NCBI GenBank assembly: GCA_964016885.1
Contig: OZ024745.1
Location: forward strand, 105,028,001-105,092,000
Origin: Eledone cirrhosa
Taxonomy: Eukaryota
Direction: 5' to 3'
Length of the DNA stretch: 64,000 nt
Position 1 is the first letter of the stretch. Each line of letters starts with the position of its first letter. The notes beneath the pieces are model-generated. The model was not told where the DNA came from. It searched no databases and worked only from the letters and a program-made list of their open reading frames with translations. A program made the translations under genes and the position numbers. Positions 50,084-62,361 of the stretch are shown piece by piece.

Positions 50084-51068
50084 TATATATTAAAATAACA
50101 GATTAAAGTTTAAGCAAAGAATCGCTGCTTTCACCCTTAACGAGATCTTCTGAAACTAAAAAAAAATCAATCTGTGAATACAGAAGTAAATATTTCGAAA
50201 AACGTTACACACTATATATATATACAGACCCTATATATACATATATACACACACACACACATATAGCGTTATAATGTCGTAATGCAGACAGCCAGACATA
50301 CAGACAGATATTATAAGGGTGCAACGTTATATCTATGTATCTATCTAAAAAGAAAGACTAAGAATTATAGAGAGAGATCGCTAAATCGCCTAATGTGGTC
50401 CCTAGGGCATTGAAAATTTGAAATATTTTTTGCTCAAAACACTCACAGGACCATAAGTATTACATGTGTAAAGTTTGAAAACAATCGGTTGGGTGGTTCT
50501 CGAGTTTTAGGGAGTCAGACAGACAGACAGACATTCTCTGTTTTAGATATATAGATAATAACAGGGTGCAATATAATAATGATATATTATATACTAGTAG
50601 AACAGTGCCATAAATAATGATAGCAATAGCATTGAATGCATTTAATTTTTGGAGTCCATTATTGGTATGCCATATATACCAGGATTGCTAGATATATAAA
50701 TAATCATACAGCCTGGGAAATATGTGTTTTGGTAAATTTATAGTTTGCATAACAGAAACTTTATAGTTTATGTTGATTATTGACATGTGGAAGTGGTTAA
50801 AGATATAAAGGACATTTACATGATTTATTTCTATGGTATAATTACATAAATGTATGTATGTACAAATGACATACAGGATTAAATCTATGAGTAACTTTTG
50901 AGAAATAAAAATTTACAGGGACAGGTATTCGGTTTGAATCAAGGGCATTGTGATTACAAAACAAACTTTGGGCAACAACATGATTGATACAGGAAATGCA
51001 TTGTGTAATAGTGTATATGTCTGTGTGTGTAAATTTCAAAATGTTACAGATGGATATATATATATATA

Positions 51069-51129
<61 letters not shown>

Positions 51130-51470
51130 CAAACAGCGAAGGACGTGTTCCAGACTTGTCCGACAGACAACCTTTTCCTCCACCCCGGAAAAAAACCCCA
51201 TTTGATGGATGTGAATCCAAAATATATAGGGACTATTAAATCTCTCCCAAGGTAACTCTCTCTTGTGTTGTTATTTTAATTTTATCCTTTATACTCTTCC
51301 CTTCATTCTACACATCTCACACATCTTATACACACCACGCATCTCAACGTACACCCACTTACATCTCTCTCTCCACCACCGGACCTTGTTACCCGGAGAT
51401 TTACCCATTTGCATTGTCGAGGCTTCCAAACGACTTAAAGATATATATATATATAATATATATATATATA

Positions 51471-51665
51471 TAGGAAAAAGTATGACCCCAACGGCAGAGC
51501 TCAAGCCGTTTCGACGGCTATTTCTGGAAATGACGAGAGATGTCCAGAAATAGCCGTCGAAACGGCTTGAGCTCTGCCGTCGGGGTCATACTTTTTCCTA
51601 TTTCCCACTCTACTACTCTAAGTATTGAGTACTCTGGTGCGTTATGGTCCATCTGGTTCCTTACA
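51471..51665 (+). mobile_element. Fold-back Penelope-like remnant (about 58-bp arms)
   Basis: Arms 51471-51528 and 51543-51600; right arm GAAAC-GGC(ttgagctct)GCC-GTC resembles hammerhead stem III with a GUC triplet; GTATTGAGTACTCT motif follows. Confidence 0.62.
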
Positions 51666-51726
51666 TATATATGTTATATATATATATATATATATGTGTA
51701 TATATATATTTCAAAATGTTACAGAT

Positions 51727-51757
<31 letters not shown>

Positions 51758-51762
<5 letters not shown>

Positions 51763-51970
51763 AGAGTCAGGATCCTGACAGCTGAGCTACGGCCCTTTAC
51801 GACAGCTAGATCCTAACTGTTTGGATTATTCGGATCTAGCTGTCGAAACGGCTGGAGCTCAGCCATCGACGTCCTGACTTTTTTCATATTACCCACTCTA
51901 CTACCCTAAGTATTGAGTACTCTGGTGCGTTATGGTCTACCTTGTATTTTACTACACCCTCTTTGTTCTT
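51758..51970 (+). mobile_element. Second fold-back remnant of the same family
   Basis: Inverted arms around 51815-51830; GAAACGGCTGGAGCTCAGCCATC; GTATTGAGTACTCTGGTGCGTTATGGTC as at 51622. Confidence 0.6.
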
Positions 51971-51989
51971 TGTTATATATATATATATC

Positions 51990-52208
51990 GACAGTCGATC
52001 GAGTTTCGTCAAATTGGACCGAGGAAACAATGTTTCCATTGGTCTTTCCAATTGCTAATACTATCTATCGGTCGCAACTCCAGGTAGAAGGAGCAACGTG
52101 AAATAAAGTGTCTTGCTCAAGGACATAACGCATCGCCCGGTTCGGGAATCAAACTCACAACCTCACGATTGTGAATCCAGTTCTCTAACCACTCAGCCAC
52201 GTGCCTCC
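51990..52208 (-). mobile_element. SINE-B-type copy (minus)
   Basis: Reverse complement GGAGGCACGTGGCTGAGTGGTTAGAG...GAGTTTGATTCCCG...GTCCTTGAGCAAGACACTTTATTTCACG; central segment shared with 2960-3020. Confidence 0.75.
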
Positions 52209-52379
52209 ATATATATATATATATACACACACACACAAAAATACACATGGTTTATTATTATGATTGATGGGTGGAAACAATGTATGGAAATGTCGATTAT
52301 GATGTCAAATAAAGCAAATCTTCAGTTACTAGTTTATTCAACAGAATAGGTGTGTTTAGATAATATGTAAACAATCCAG

Positions 52380-54910
52380 CATCATCATCATCATTTTACG
52401 TCCGCTTTTCCCTGCTTGAAAGGGCTGGACAGGCCCTATTCAGCACAGCATCTCTCCACTTTTCACGGTCCTTCGTCATCTCCTCCATGAGTTTCAGCGA
52501 TCTGAGGTCTGCTCTCCCCACCCCCGCCCATTTTTGGGGGGGCCTTCCTTCTACTGGGATTTCTTAACACTTCTTTACCCAACGGTCATCCTCCATGCAC
52601 ATCACATGTCCATACCATCTCAGTCTTCTCTCCTGCACACCAGAACTTATCTCTCTTATACCCAGTTTCTCTCTCAACTCATCTATGCTTGGTCATGCAC
52701 GCACATTGACATTGCACATCCAACGGAGCATGCTTGTTTCATTTCTCTCCAGCCATCGCATGTCCTCTGCAATTGCTTCCCATGTCTCACTACCATGCAG
52801 CATCGCACATCTCACACAGGCATCGTATAACCGTCCTTTCGCACGCAGGGAGAAACCCTTCTTTGTCAACAGAGGAAGCAGCTCCATAAACTTCTTCCAA
52901 TCAGTCCTTATTCTAGATACTATGGCCTCAGAACCCTCCCATGCTAATCTGATCACCTAGGTACCGGAAGCTATCAACCACTTCTATAGAACCCACCTAC
53001 ATTTGAAAAATGTGTCTATCACTGCGATTACTATTGTCAACTTTCCCTGTACGTCTACTGCATACCTATTTTTCCCTACCTGTTAGTTTGCCTGCTATCC
53101 CACTACATCTCTTGTGTACCCAAGATCTGCATTGCATACATTTTATAGAATTTATGCCAGTTCCTTTTCTACATATCGAACATGGCCATTGCCCTGATGG
53201 AATCAGAGTTTTGTCCTCTTTTCTACTTATCAACATTTAGCTATGTTCACTCTCAGTCTTAGCTCTGTTCACTCTCAGTCTTATGTTCACTCTCAGTCTT
53301 AGCTATGTTCACTCTCAGTCCTCTTGATTCCAACTGCTGTTTCCATAGCCAGAATTTCTTCTCTAGGTCCTCTACTGATTCTGCTATAAGAACCAGATCA
53401 TCAGCATAGAGAAGTTCCCATGGACAGCCAGTCTTAAACTCCTCTGTTATGGCTTGGACTATAATGAACAAGAGTGGGCTGAGGACCGAACCCTGATGTA
53501 CTCCTACTTGTATCTGGAATTCCTCACTAAACTCCATTCCTACTCTCACAAGCCATTCCTCTACACCTAGTTTCCTTAGGGACCACCAGATGACAGATCG
53601 GGGTACCCTATCAAAGGCCTTCTCTAGGTCAACAAAGGCTAAGTATAGTGGCTTATTTTTCTCTAAGAACCTCTCTTGTAATTGTCTACCAAGAAGAGGG
53701 CATCTGTTGTACTTTTCCCAGGCACAAAACCAAAATGCATCTCATCTAATTTGACCCTATCTCTAATCAGTTGCGCTAATATTCTCTCTGCTACTTTCAT
53801 AACCTGATCCATCAGCTTTATGCCCCTATAATTGCACCTCTCCAGAGCATCCCTTTTACCTTTGTAGCAATTTATGAGAATACTGCTGCACCAGTCTTTG
53901 GGTATGACACCGCCTTATATAGCTTGATTGATGATGCGTGCAACCAGTTTTGTGCCTACTTCTGATGCCTTCAGCATCTCAGCAACTATCCCAGACGGTC
54001 CAGCAGCCTTACCATTTTTTATTTCCTTAAATACCTCTTGGACCCTATATTCGCCAATCTCAATAGCTGGTCCCTCTGTTGGGTCTACTGAGGGTAATTT
54101 CTCTCTCTCCCATTTATTCTCCACATTCATCAGTTTCTCATATTGACATTTCCAGGCCTCCTTTTTTTGATCATTTGTGACACTAAGTATACCAACATCA
54201 TTCTAGACACACTTATCTCCAACAACATCCTGATTTGCACTGACATACTGCCTTGCAATGCGGAACACCGCACGCCTCTGATCTTCCCATCGCAGAACAT
54301 TGGCAAACCTCGTACTCTCATCCTCCCTGCGGGCTAAGTACACCTGACGTCTAGCTTCTCTCTTAACAGCTGTGTATCCTTCTCTACTCCCACCATTTTC
54401 CCAAGCATTCCATGCTAGTCTTTAGTCTCTAATGGCCCTCTCTACCATGCTGTTCCACCACAAGGTCACTCTCTGTCTGGTTGGAGCTCTGCTCCAGCCA
54501 CAAATTTCTTCAGTAGCCTACAGTAAGTTGTCACGTAAGAAATTCCAGTTATCATCTATGTCATATGACTTCATATCGTCTTCTTTTTCATCATGCACAT
54601 CTTGAAGGGCTTTCCTAAATTTATATTTTAGTGAAAGGTCGTTTAGCTTGCAGACCTTTCTTTTCCACACCTTCCTGTAGGTCTCATTCTGTCTCTTGCT
54701 TACTGAGATGTCACTAACGACTAACCTATGCTGTGGGGTACATTCTTCCCCAGAGTATGCCTTAGTATTTGACCATCTGTCTGTCTCGCTATCTAACTAA
54801 CAGGAAGTCAATATGGCTTATGTGCTCATCTGATGTGTAGGTTATTAGGTGGTTGGTAGGCTTCTTGAAGTTAGTGTTGCAAATGGTTAGTGCACTTGCA
54901 TCACAAAATT
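52380..54910 (-). mobile_element. 5'-truncated, frameshifted RTE LINE (RTE-B) from endonuclease C-terminus through RT and PHD to the (GAT)n tail
   Basis: FCDASALTICNTNFKKPTNHLITY, GKAAGPSGIVAEMLKA, VHQGSVLSPLLF, CPWELLYADDL, WKKFMELLPLL; tail (+ strand) CATCATCATCATTTTACGTCCGCTTTTCC. Confidence 0.92.
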
Positions 54911-54951
54911 TGTCTAAAATTTTGAATATTTTTTGCATATATTTCTTTCAG

Positions 54952-55139
54952 ATTCAAGCAAGTTTTCTACTTCCTGGTCTCACAGCTTGATGATTACTTC
55001 TGCACCTGCACCCCTCATCTATAGATGTAACATGATTCACACCAAGCCTCGTCATAAACAAATTCAAGCAAAGAAATCGAAAGTTACTCATGGCATGCAT
55101 TCAGCTATTCGAACATATCACACATCCACTCCACCATAA
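54952..55139 (+). CDS. TTLL13: Probable terminal coding exon of the TTLL6/13-like gene
   Basis: ttctttcAG acceptor; G+AT gives Asp, phase-compatible with the 30041 donor; (D)SSKFSTSWSHSLMITSAPAPLIYRCNMIHTKPRHKQIQAKKSKVTHGMHSAIRTYHTSTPP-TAA, followed by AATAAA. Confidence 0.58.
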
Positions 55140-55175
55140 ACCAAAATTGTCTCCTCTTACCATCAGAAGAAAAGA

Positions 55176-55181
55176 AATAAA
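55176..55181 (+). promoter_or_regulatory. Candidate polyadenylation signal
   Basis: AATAAA starting 37 nt after the putative stop; such hexamers are common in AT-rich DNA. Confidence 0.3.
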
Positions 55182-57539
55182 TATACATATGGAAACCGTT
55201 GATATAAGCATTAACCAAGCTTAAATATTTTTTCAAGTTGATCACAAACTATATAAATCGAAAAGAATGAAAGCAAACATGAAATCAGAGTGCAAGTTGA
55301 GCTGGGACATAAATAACTGTGATATTTGCTTGTTGTGTTATTTTTGCAGATAATGAAAAAAAAGAAATCTTTCAAAATCTTCCTTTTAAAGAATTGCATT
55401 GTTTGTAGTTGAATTGAAAAACATATGCAATCTTGGAAGAAATGCATCAATTACTTATAAAGTATTGATGAATATATTATCAACAGTATGGCCATTTTAT
55501 TCTCTAACATTCTGAATCCTAAGAACCATAGAAATTTTGTTCTCATTTTATTGAAACTATACACTCACTCTAACATCTTTTTCTTTATTTTATCTCTTTC
55601 TTTCTGCTACCATGACTACTTGTACCCATGAGCAACCACATTTTTTTACACTAGATGTCATATGAAACAGTAGTACATGAGATGTAAGAGAAGTGTTGGA
55701 AGATACAAACAATAGTGCCAACTTCATATTGAAAAGCTAACAACTACCAAGTGACCTTTAAGCAAATAATTCCATTTTTTTTTTTTTTTTTTACTATTAC
55801 AGAAATTCAGAATTTTGAAGAATATTTGTCTTCTAATGTCCTATTTTGAACTGTTTCATATTGACATCCAATGACTCGACTTTATGATTTAAATCTGATT
55901 AAAATTTATTCTATTCTGTATAACTATGTAAGAAGTGTTTTTTTAAAATATGTTAGAAATATTGCCATAAAGTATAAACTTTTTTAGAAACTACCTGAAA
56001 GTATTTTTTTTTCTGTTAATGTATTTTAAGACTTTAATAGAAGGTAATGGTTCATTGCTTACTTTTGCTGTTTCAACATGAATATTTTTCAAGGTGGTGA
56101 ATTGGAAAAGTTATAATGACATTAGATTAAATAACATGCTATTTGCTCTGGCTTACTTGCAATCTGAGTTCAAATCCTGTTGAGGTCAACTTTGGCTTTA
56201 ATTTTTTGTGGGGCCAATAAATAAAATATCAGTCAAATGAGCAGTAGGGTGGCAGAATTATTAAAATGTTGGGTGAGATACTTTGATCTGCTTCTGAACA
56301 TTCTGAGTTAAAATCCTGCTTCCTTCTGCTGTGATTTGTGATCGACAAATAGTATCAGAAAAACAGAAAATTTGTTTCTTTGGTCTGATCTGACAAACTC
56401 ATTTCATTTCCAAAGAATATTTTTTTGCCATAGCACTTTGCCTACTTTTGGTGTTTCAGCATGAATATTTCTTCAGAAAAATTTTATGATCAAATAAAAT
56501 TTATGATGACATCTCCTGCTATCAAACATCCTGTTTGTTCCCTTTCTTGACATGCAAAGTAGAAATTACAGTATGGGATGACTCAAAGCTCTCATGGTCA
56601 GAGAGTAATCAATGGTTGTCAAAGCTTAATTAAAATATAATTTTCAATACAATTATAATGTCTCATCTGCTACATCTAGCATGCTATTGAACGAAAGGCA
56701 AGGAAAACAAAGATGAGATAATCCCAAAATAACAATGAATTATACAGGCCAGTTTTAATTCCATATTAGAAATAACATCACAAGTTATTTTTTATGGTTT
56801 AGTCTATTGACTTTGCAATACCTCTAAAACTGCTAGGAAAGATAGGGCAGACTAAGGAAGTAAAAGTCATGATATACTGAATGTTCCTAACCACTACTTT
56901 GATCCTTGTAAGTAGCTGAGAGTAAGCCTGTCTATAATTAATAGTTTTACTATAGGAAAGAACAATATGTATTTCCATTTTCATGCATTATGTCCATATC
57001 ACAGCAGCTTCATATCTAATTAAGACATACTTACTAGTTTAATTATTATCAAAGGCATTCTGGATGTAATGATAAATTCATGATGAATTGAATCAACAAT
57101 TTGGCTTCAAGTTCCTGTTTGACTCATCTCACTTACAAGAATGCTGTTGATGAATCCCCTCTCCACAAGAATACATAAGAACTGCATCATCCATTTTCTT
57201 TTCCTTACAAATCTGAGTCTCTACTGTTATATAACAAATTATTATTAGTTTTGTAGTTATTGATTGTCACACAGGACTAGAAGACAAAGTACCAAAGTCT
57301 TGCTTCTTGGGTTTTAACTACAGCTTTTAAAGTATGTTCTATTCTACTAACAACTAACTATACTGATCCTTAATTTGGAAATCATTATAATTAAGAGAGC
57401 TGGAAATTCATAGAGTTTAGCTTAGATTCTACCAAGATGACCTTTGCTTTTCATCCTTCTCAACCCCCCACCCCCCAAAAAAACGGAAGAAGCTTCCAGC
57501 TTCTTCTTTATCACCATAATCATTATCCTCCTCTCCCCT

Positions 57540-58830
57540 CCTTTTTCACTCACTTATTCTAGTGATTCTTTCCTGAGACATTCTAACCACATCCCCATAA
57601 TATTTAAACTGTGATCTCTTAATTTGGAGAAGTAGCAGCTATACCTGGAGTGACTCTGATCTCCGAGCTATGCACTCAATTGAGTAATATTGCTCCAAAA
57701 ACACTTTGGAGGAATCCCATTTTGGCCACTTGTATTTGTGATCATATTCTTTCCTTCATTTTCCAAGATTCATGACCATAGGTAAGGTTTGGCATGAGTA
57801 CCAAATTGAAGATAGCAAATTGGGCTTTTACACCTACCTCCCTTCTTCTGATTACCGAATACTGAAGCTGGCACATTACTGCACCAACTCCTGCAATTCT
57901 TGCACTTAAATCCTGCTTATAATTGGAGCAGTCTCTCTCATCTCCATTCTAGAAAATTGAGATTATCACTCTCAATTGCCATAGCTTAGGTACCTTTCCA
58001 AAAATCCAAGCCACTTAGCACACATGAGTCAGCAAGAAAATACCTTCTCTATTTAACATCTTGGGCCAATCTTCATCCTCCCCAGTGGCCTTGCCACATT
58101 TGAGCTCTTTAACTGCTCTTGTGAACTCAACCTCTGACAGATTAGCCATTGCTCTCAGATACACCTAGTGTACGAAAGAAGATGATGTGATTGGGTTTAG
58201 GAGATCAGCAAAGTATTCTCTTCTCCGCATGAGGATGCACTTCTCTGAAGAGAGAAGAAGCCCAGATGCATTCCAGATAGTAAGTGTGGAAGAGGACTTC
58301 TTATTACAAAGTTGGTGCATGGTTTGCCAGAACACTTTATTTGCTGATCTGAAGTTAGATTCCAGCTTAACTAAAGTCCTCCCATATCCTAACTTTGGAT
58401 CCCTTTACTCTCTCTGCTGCAACGTTTTGTACCTGCTGGTACCACAAGTGCAAGAAGGATGTCTTTTTTTATCCAAACCAAGCTTTGTAAGCCTCCTTGA
58501 TCTCTTTATTGAACTAAGGGTTCCTCATACCATCCCAATCTGCTTTCACAAGCAGAAACTGCCAAATTGAACAGTTTCTTCTCCGTTTTAACATCCTCAG
58601 TTTGCACAGGGAATTCTCTGAATTTGGATGCAATAGTATCAACACACTTGGTCCTGAGTTCCTTATCTGCCAATGCTTCCCTTTTTATCCTGTAGGTCGA
58701 TCTCGATTTGCCAGTTTTGTGGCCTTTTTTAGGTAGTCTCAAGCTGCAGATAACTAGATGGTGATCAGTTGACAGCTTAGCCCCTCTCTTAACATGAACA
58801 TCCAGCATGGAATCAAAGAGATGTAAATAT
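57540..58830 (-). mobile_element. Internally deleted RTE-clade LINE (Rex3/Expander-like family)
   Basis: LDVHVKRGAKLSTDHHLVICSL (AP endonuclease end, SDH-like motif); 3' part homologous to 15485-15965. Confidence 0.78.
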
Positions 58831-59368
58831 ATAAATGCCTATTAAGTCCATTGGCGATTTTGAAATGTTGGTAATGCTAGGCTCTTATTTCATGACAAAA
58901 TTGGAATTGACATATAAGTGAGAAAGAAATGAAAGTAAATTGTATATCATTTCATTTCCGGTGGTTGAGCTTCATATATAGGATTAGGTAATGGGTTATA
59001 TATGCATGCCGATGTGAATGATTTACTCAATTTCATAAATCCAAATAACTGGTATTTATACACAGATTATTGAAGGATGGTGGATGTTGGTAGAGAAGAA
59101 GCTTTGGAAACAATGATTCTTTATTCACATCGTATCTGCATATGAAATCGTTATAACAGGAATTTTGAATTTTATAACAGAAAATTGATGAAACTACAGA
59201 CCAGAAGTTGTGCAAGAAATAAGAATATGTCTGGGATATGCAGACATACATAGATTGAGTAGGAGTCATCCACCATAATATAACAATTATTATAAAAAAA
59301 GAAAAGTTATTCTCAGCTTACAACACAACAGCTTTGTTTCCTAGTTACTGAATATTAATTAACAAAAC

Positions 59369-59557
59369 AGGGTAGTGGATTGGCAATATCGGTAGTGGGT
59401 CAGATGTCATGCTTTGCAGCGTAGAGTTACGGCCCTTTACGTTCTGAGTTCAAATCCCACTGAGGTTAACTTTACCTTTCATCCTTACAGGGTTGATAAA
59501 ATAAAGCACCCGTAATACACTGGTGTAATAGCTGGCTTTGTGCCAAAAGTACAAACA
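59369..59557 (+). mobile_element. SINE-A with 15-bp TSD
   Basis: ATTAATTAACAAAAC at 59354-59368 and 59558-59572. Confidence 0.87.
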
Positions 59558-61084
59558 ATTAATTAACAAAACCGACCTTCCTATTTAATGTACATCTAAT
59601 GAATATACACATTCTACAACATTGTTGCTGGTCTCAATAAAATCATGGCTACCATGAAATGCTAAACTATATGTAAAAACAGGTTGCTCTGTTTCTCCAA
59701 TAGAGCACCTGAAATATATAAGCAGTAACTATATAACTATGTGTATTTGATTGAGAATAGGTACAGCATATTTTTGCATGATGTAAGAAGGGGATAAAAG
59801 GTGTATTGTCTGGAAAGGCATCCACCTGTACAACTTAGTCTCTAACAGTCTTGTCCAATCAATGCCAGCATAGAAAAATCGATGTAAAAATGCTGCTGCA
59901 GCTGATGATGATATTTGATATATGCTTTTCCTGCTAGCAAGAGTTGGATGGGTTGTCACACACCAAGTCAGAAATTAATTGGAGCCACTAATCTCTCAGA
60001 TGGGCCAGGACCTCATCTCAATTACATATGTTCCTTCACTTTACAGAGTGCACTGTACATTCTATTACTGCGCCAGCACTAGAGAAATTGCCATGTCTTT
60101 GGCATAACTAAAGAGTCATCTCTACTTTTTGTTTGGCAAATTTTCAAAGACATTTTGTTCACTGTTCTTCTTTCAACTCAAGTTCTTTTTTTTAGTTGAG
60201 AGTTAAAAATTTGAATCCAATTAGATCTGCAATGTCTAGTCAAGCTTTGTGTGTCCTTAGTTCAAATCCAGCCTCTTGTCAGTAGAAAGGCAGTGACACT
60301 TCTACCAAAAGTTGCAACTGTCACAGAGTATCGGTAATAGAAAGACTACTGGAAATAGTTATTTGATCTGATCTAACAGTCAGCTCATTTCTTTTCCTAA
60401 TCACAGAATTGACTCTAGTGTATTATTGGGAAAATGTATGGCTTTCTGAGAGAGATGAAAGATAAACTTGATCCTAGCTGGATTAGAACTCAGAAGCTAA
60501 TTGTAAAATATCTTCAACTCCACAAAATTATTCTGCTTTCCAACTTACTAACAATAAATAATTTCACAAATATTACCACTTTTCTGCAGTCAATAATTTA
60601 AAGTTTCGATCAAAGAAAAGATGAGATAAAAACAATGTAATCTTTTCAGTATTCTTTGAATGATTTAAATGTTTCACCTGTATCTTATCCGAAAGGTCAC
60701 TAGATTCATTCCGGACTGCATATACATACTCAAATCATCTCTATTCAAGTTTCAAGCAAAGGTGACGGGGCGGGCGGGGAACTAACATAAGAATAGAAAA
60801 CTAGACATAAAGAAGAGATGGAGGGAGTGAGGATAATAGTTAGAAGTGACAGCTCATCCAGAAATAGAACAGAGGTTGACAGAAAAGAATTTGATAAGCC
60901 AGAATAAATAAAAGATATTTTTGGTATGAAATGTTATCATTTCAAAAGATGTCTGCTCAATTGTTTACTATTTGAGTTATCTCCCTTAGCCTGTGGCATG
61001 GTGAAGACATTTTTTATTTATTTTGATTTTCCAATGATGACAAAGACAGCGTTGCCAATATATATATATATATATATATATATA

Positions 61085-61688
61085 GGCATACATGACTTTT
61101 AGCGGTCGCAATAATGAAAGTAAATTTATTTTCATTTTCGAACGTCGTGTTTACATTTTGTGTGTTTAAAGGAAACATGCTGGCGACGAAGCTTCTTCTT
61201 TGCACGGCTCCATGTGTTCTCTATGAGCTGTGTGTGCACATCAGGGTCCGCAGGATCTACAAAGTTCCGTTCGTGCACCACAACATCATGAACGTAAATC
61301 CCACCTTCAATTTCCTCAATTTCCGAATAGGAAGCCCAACCATCGGAGGTGATGCGGCTGCCTGGCAAAATCCCTGCTGAATGATGGGGACGAGAGTGTC
61401 ATAGCTTCGATTTGGGACTTCTACAAGGCAGCAGCGTCCAGAATGGCAAACTCACCATTCTGCAAGCCTCCTTACAAGATTACTTCGGTATTGAGTACTC
61501 TTCTCTCAACCGTCAACTACACACACACACATATATATATAATCAGTTAAAACGACAGAGGCTCTGATTTTGTCTTTAATCTCAGTAACTAATTTAGATC
61601 TAAACACACACACAAAATGTAAACACGACGTTCGAAAATGAAAATAAATTTACTTTCATTTTTGAGACCGCTAAAAGTCATGTAGGCC
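61085..61688 (-). mobile_element. Merlin/IS1595(ISXO2)-like DNA transposon deletion derivative
   Basis: About 85-bp imperfect TIRs starting GG(C/A)TACATGACTTTTAGCGGTC; internal minus-strand PGSRITSDGWASY...VHERNFVDP..DVHTQLIENTWSRAKKKL is an ISXO2-type DDE motif. Confidence 0.78.
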
Positions 61689-61695
61689 ATATATG

Positions 61696-61743
<48 letters not shown>

Positions 61744-62361
61744 CCATTGGAAACAACAATTATACATTTTTAAAGATGTAATTAGAAAACGCACGGAGAA
61801 ATCTTTGAGATAATGAAGAAAAAATAGTTATTTTCGTTTATTTATATTAATTGTGAGTTATGGGTATACTGCACAAACTTTATCATGATTTTTCACATAC
61901 ACACAGTCTCTTGTGCTAATAGTCACCTACTGAGCACATCTCACCTACAACTATGCAATTATCAATAAGCTGGAGTGTAATTTATGCTTTTCTAGTCGAT
62001 TAAACATGTCATGTAACAGGATTATATGGTTGATACCATCAAAAGCTTTTCAACATGAAGTATCATTGAATATATAATTCCATTGCTAGTTATGTTTTTG
62101 CTTTTATTGTTTACCATTATATTTTGTATAAGAAACCATTTTTTGTCATTGATGAAAATATACTTCACAGTTCCAATACACTATTTTGTATGGAGTGGGG
62201 TCCTAATTTGGTAGGGTTTAATTATTAGTCTTTTCGTTTATTGTTCCATGAAATGAATATGAAGGGAGCCTCTTGGTAGTTGTTCGACCAGCTAGAAATA
62301 ACAGCCAATTGTCCCTTAAATCAGAAGCTGCTTCTTCTTCTTATTATTATTATTATTTTTC

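Larger units (their letters stand above)
48976..50555 (-). mobile_element. Non-autonomous Helitron (outer copy), split by nested insertions
   Basis: Minus strand 5' TCTATATATCTAAAACAGAG at 50555; 3' hairpin CCCGAGCAACGCTGGG and CTAG end at 48976; inserted between A(48975) and T(50556). Confidence 0.78.
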
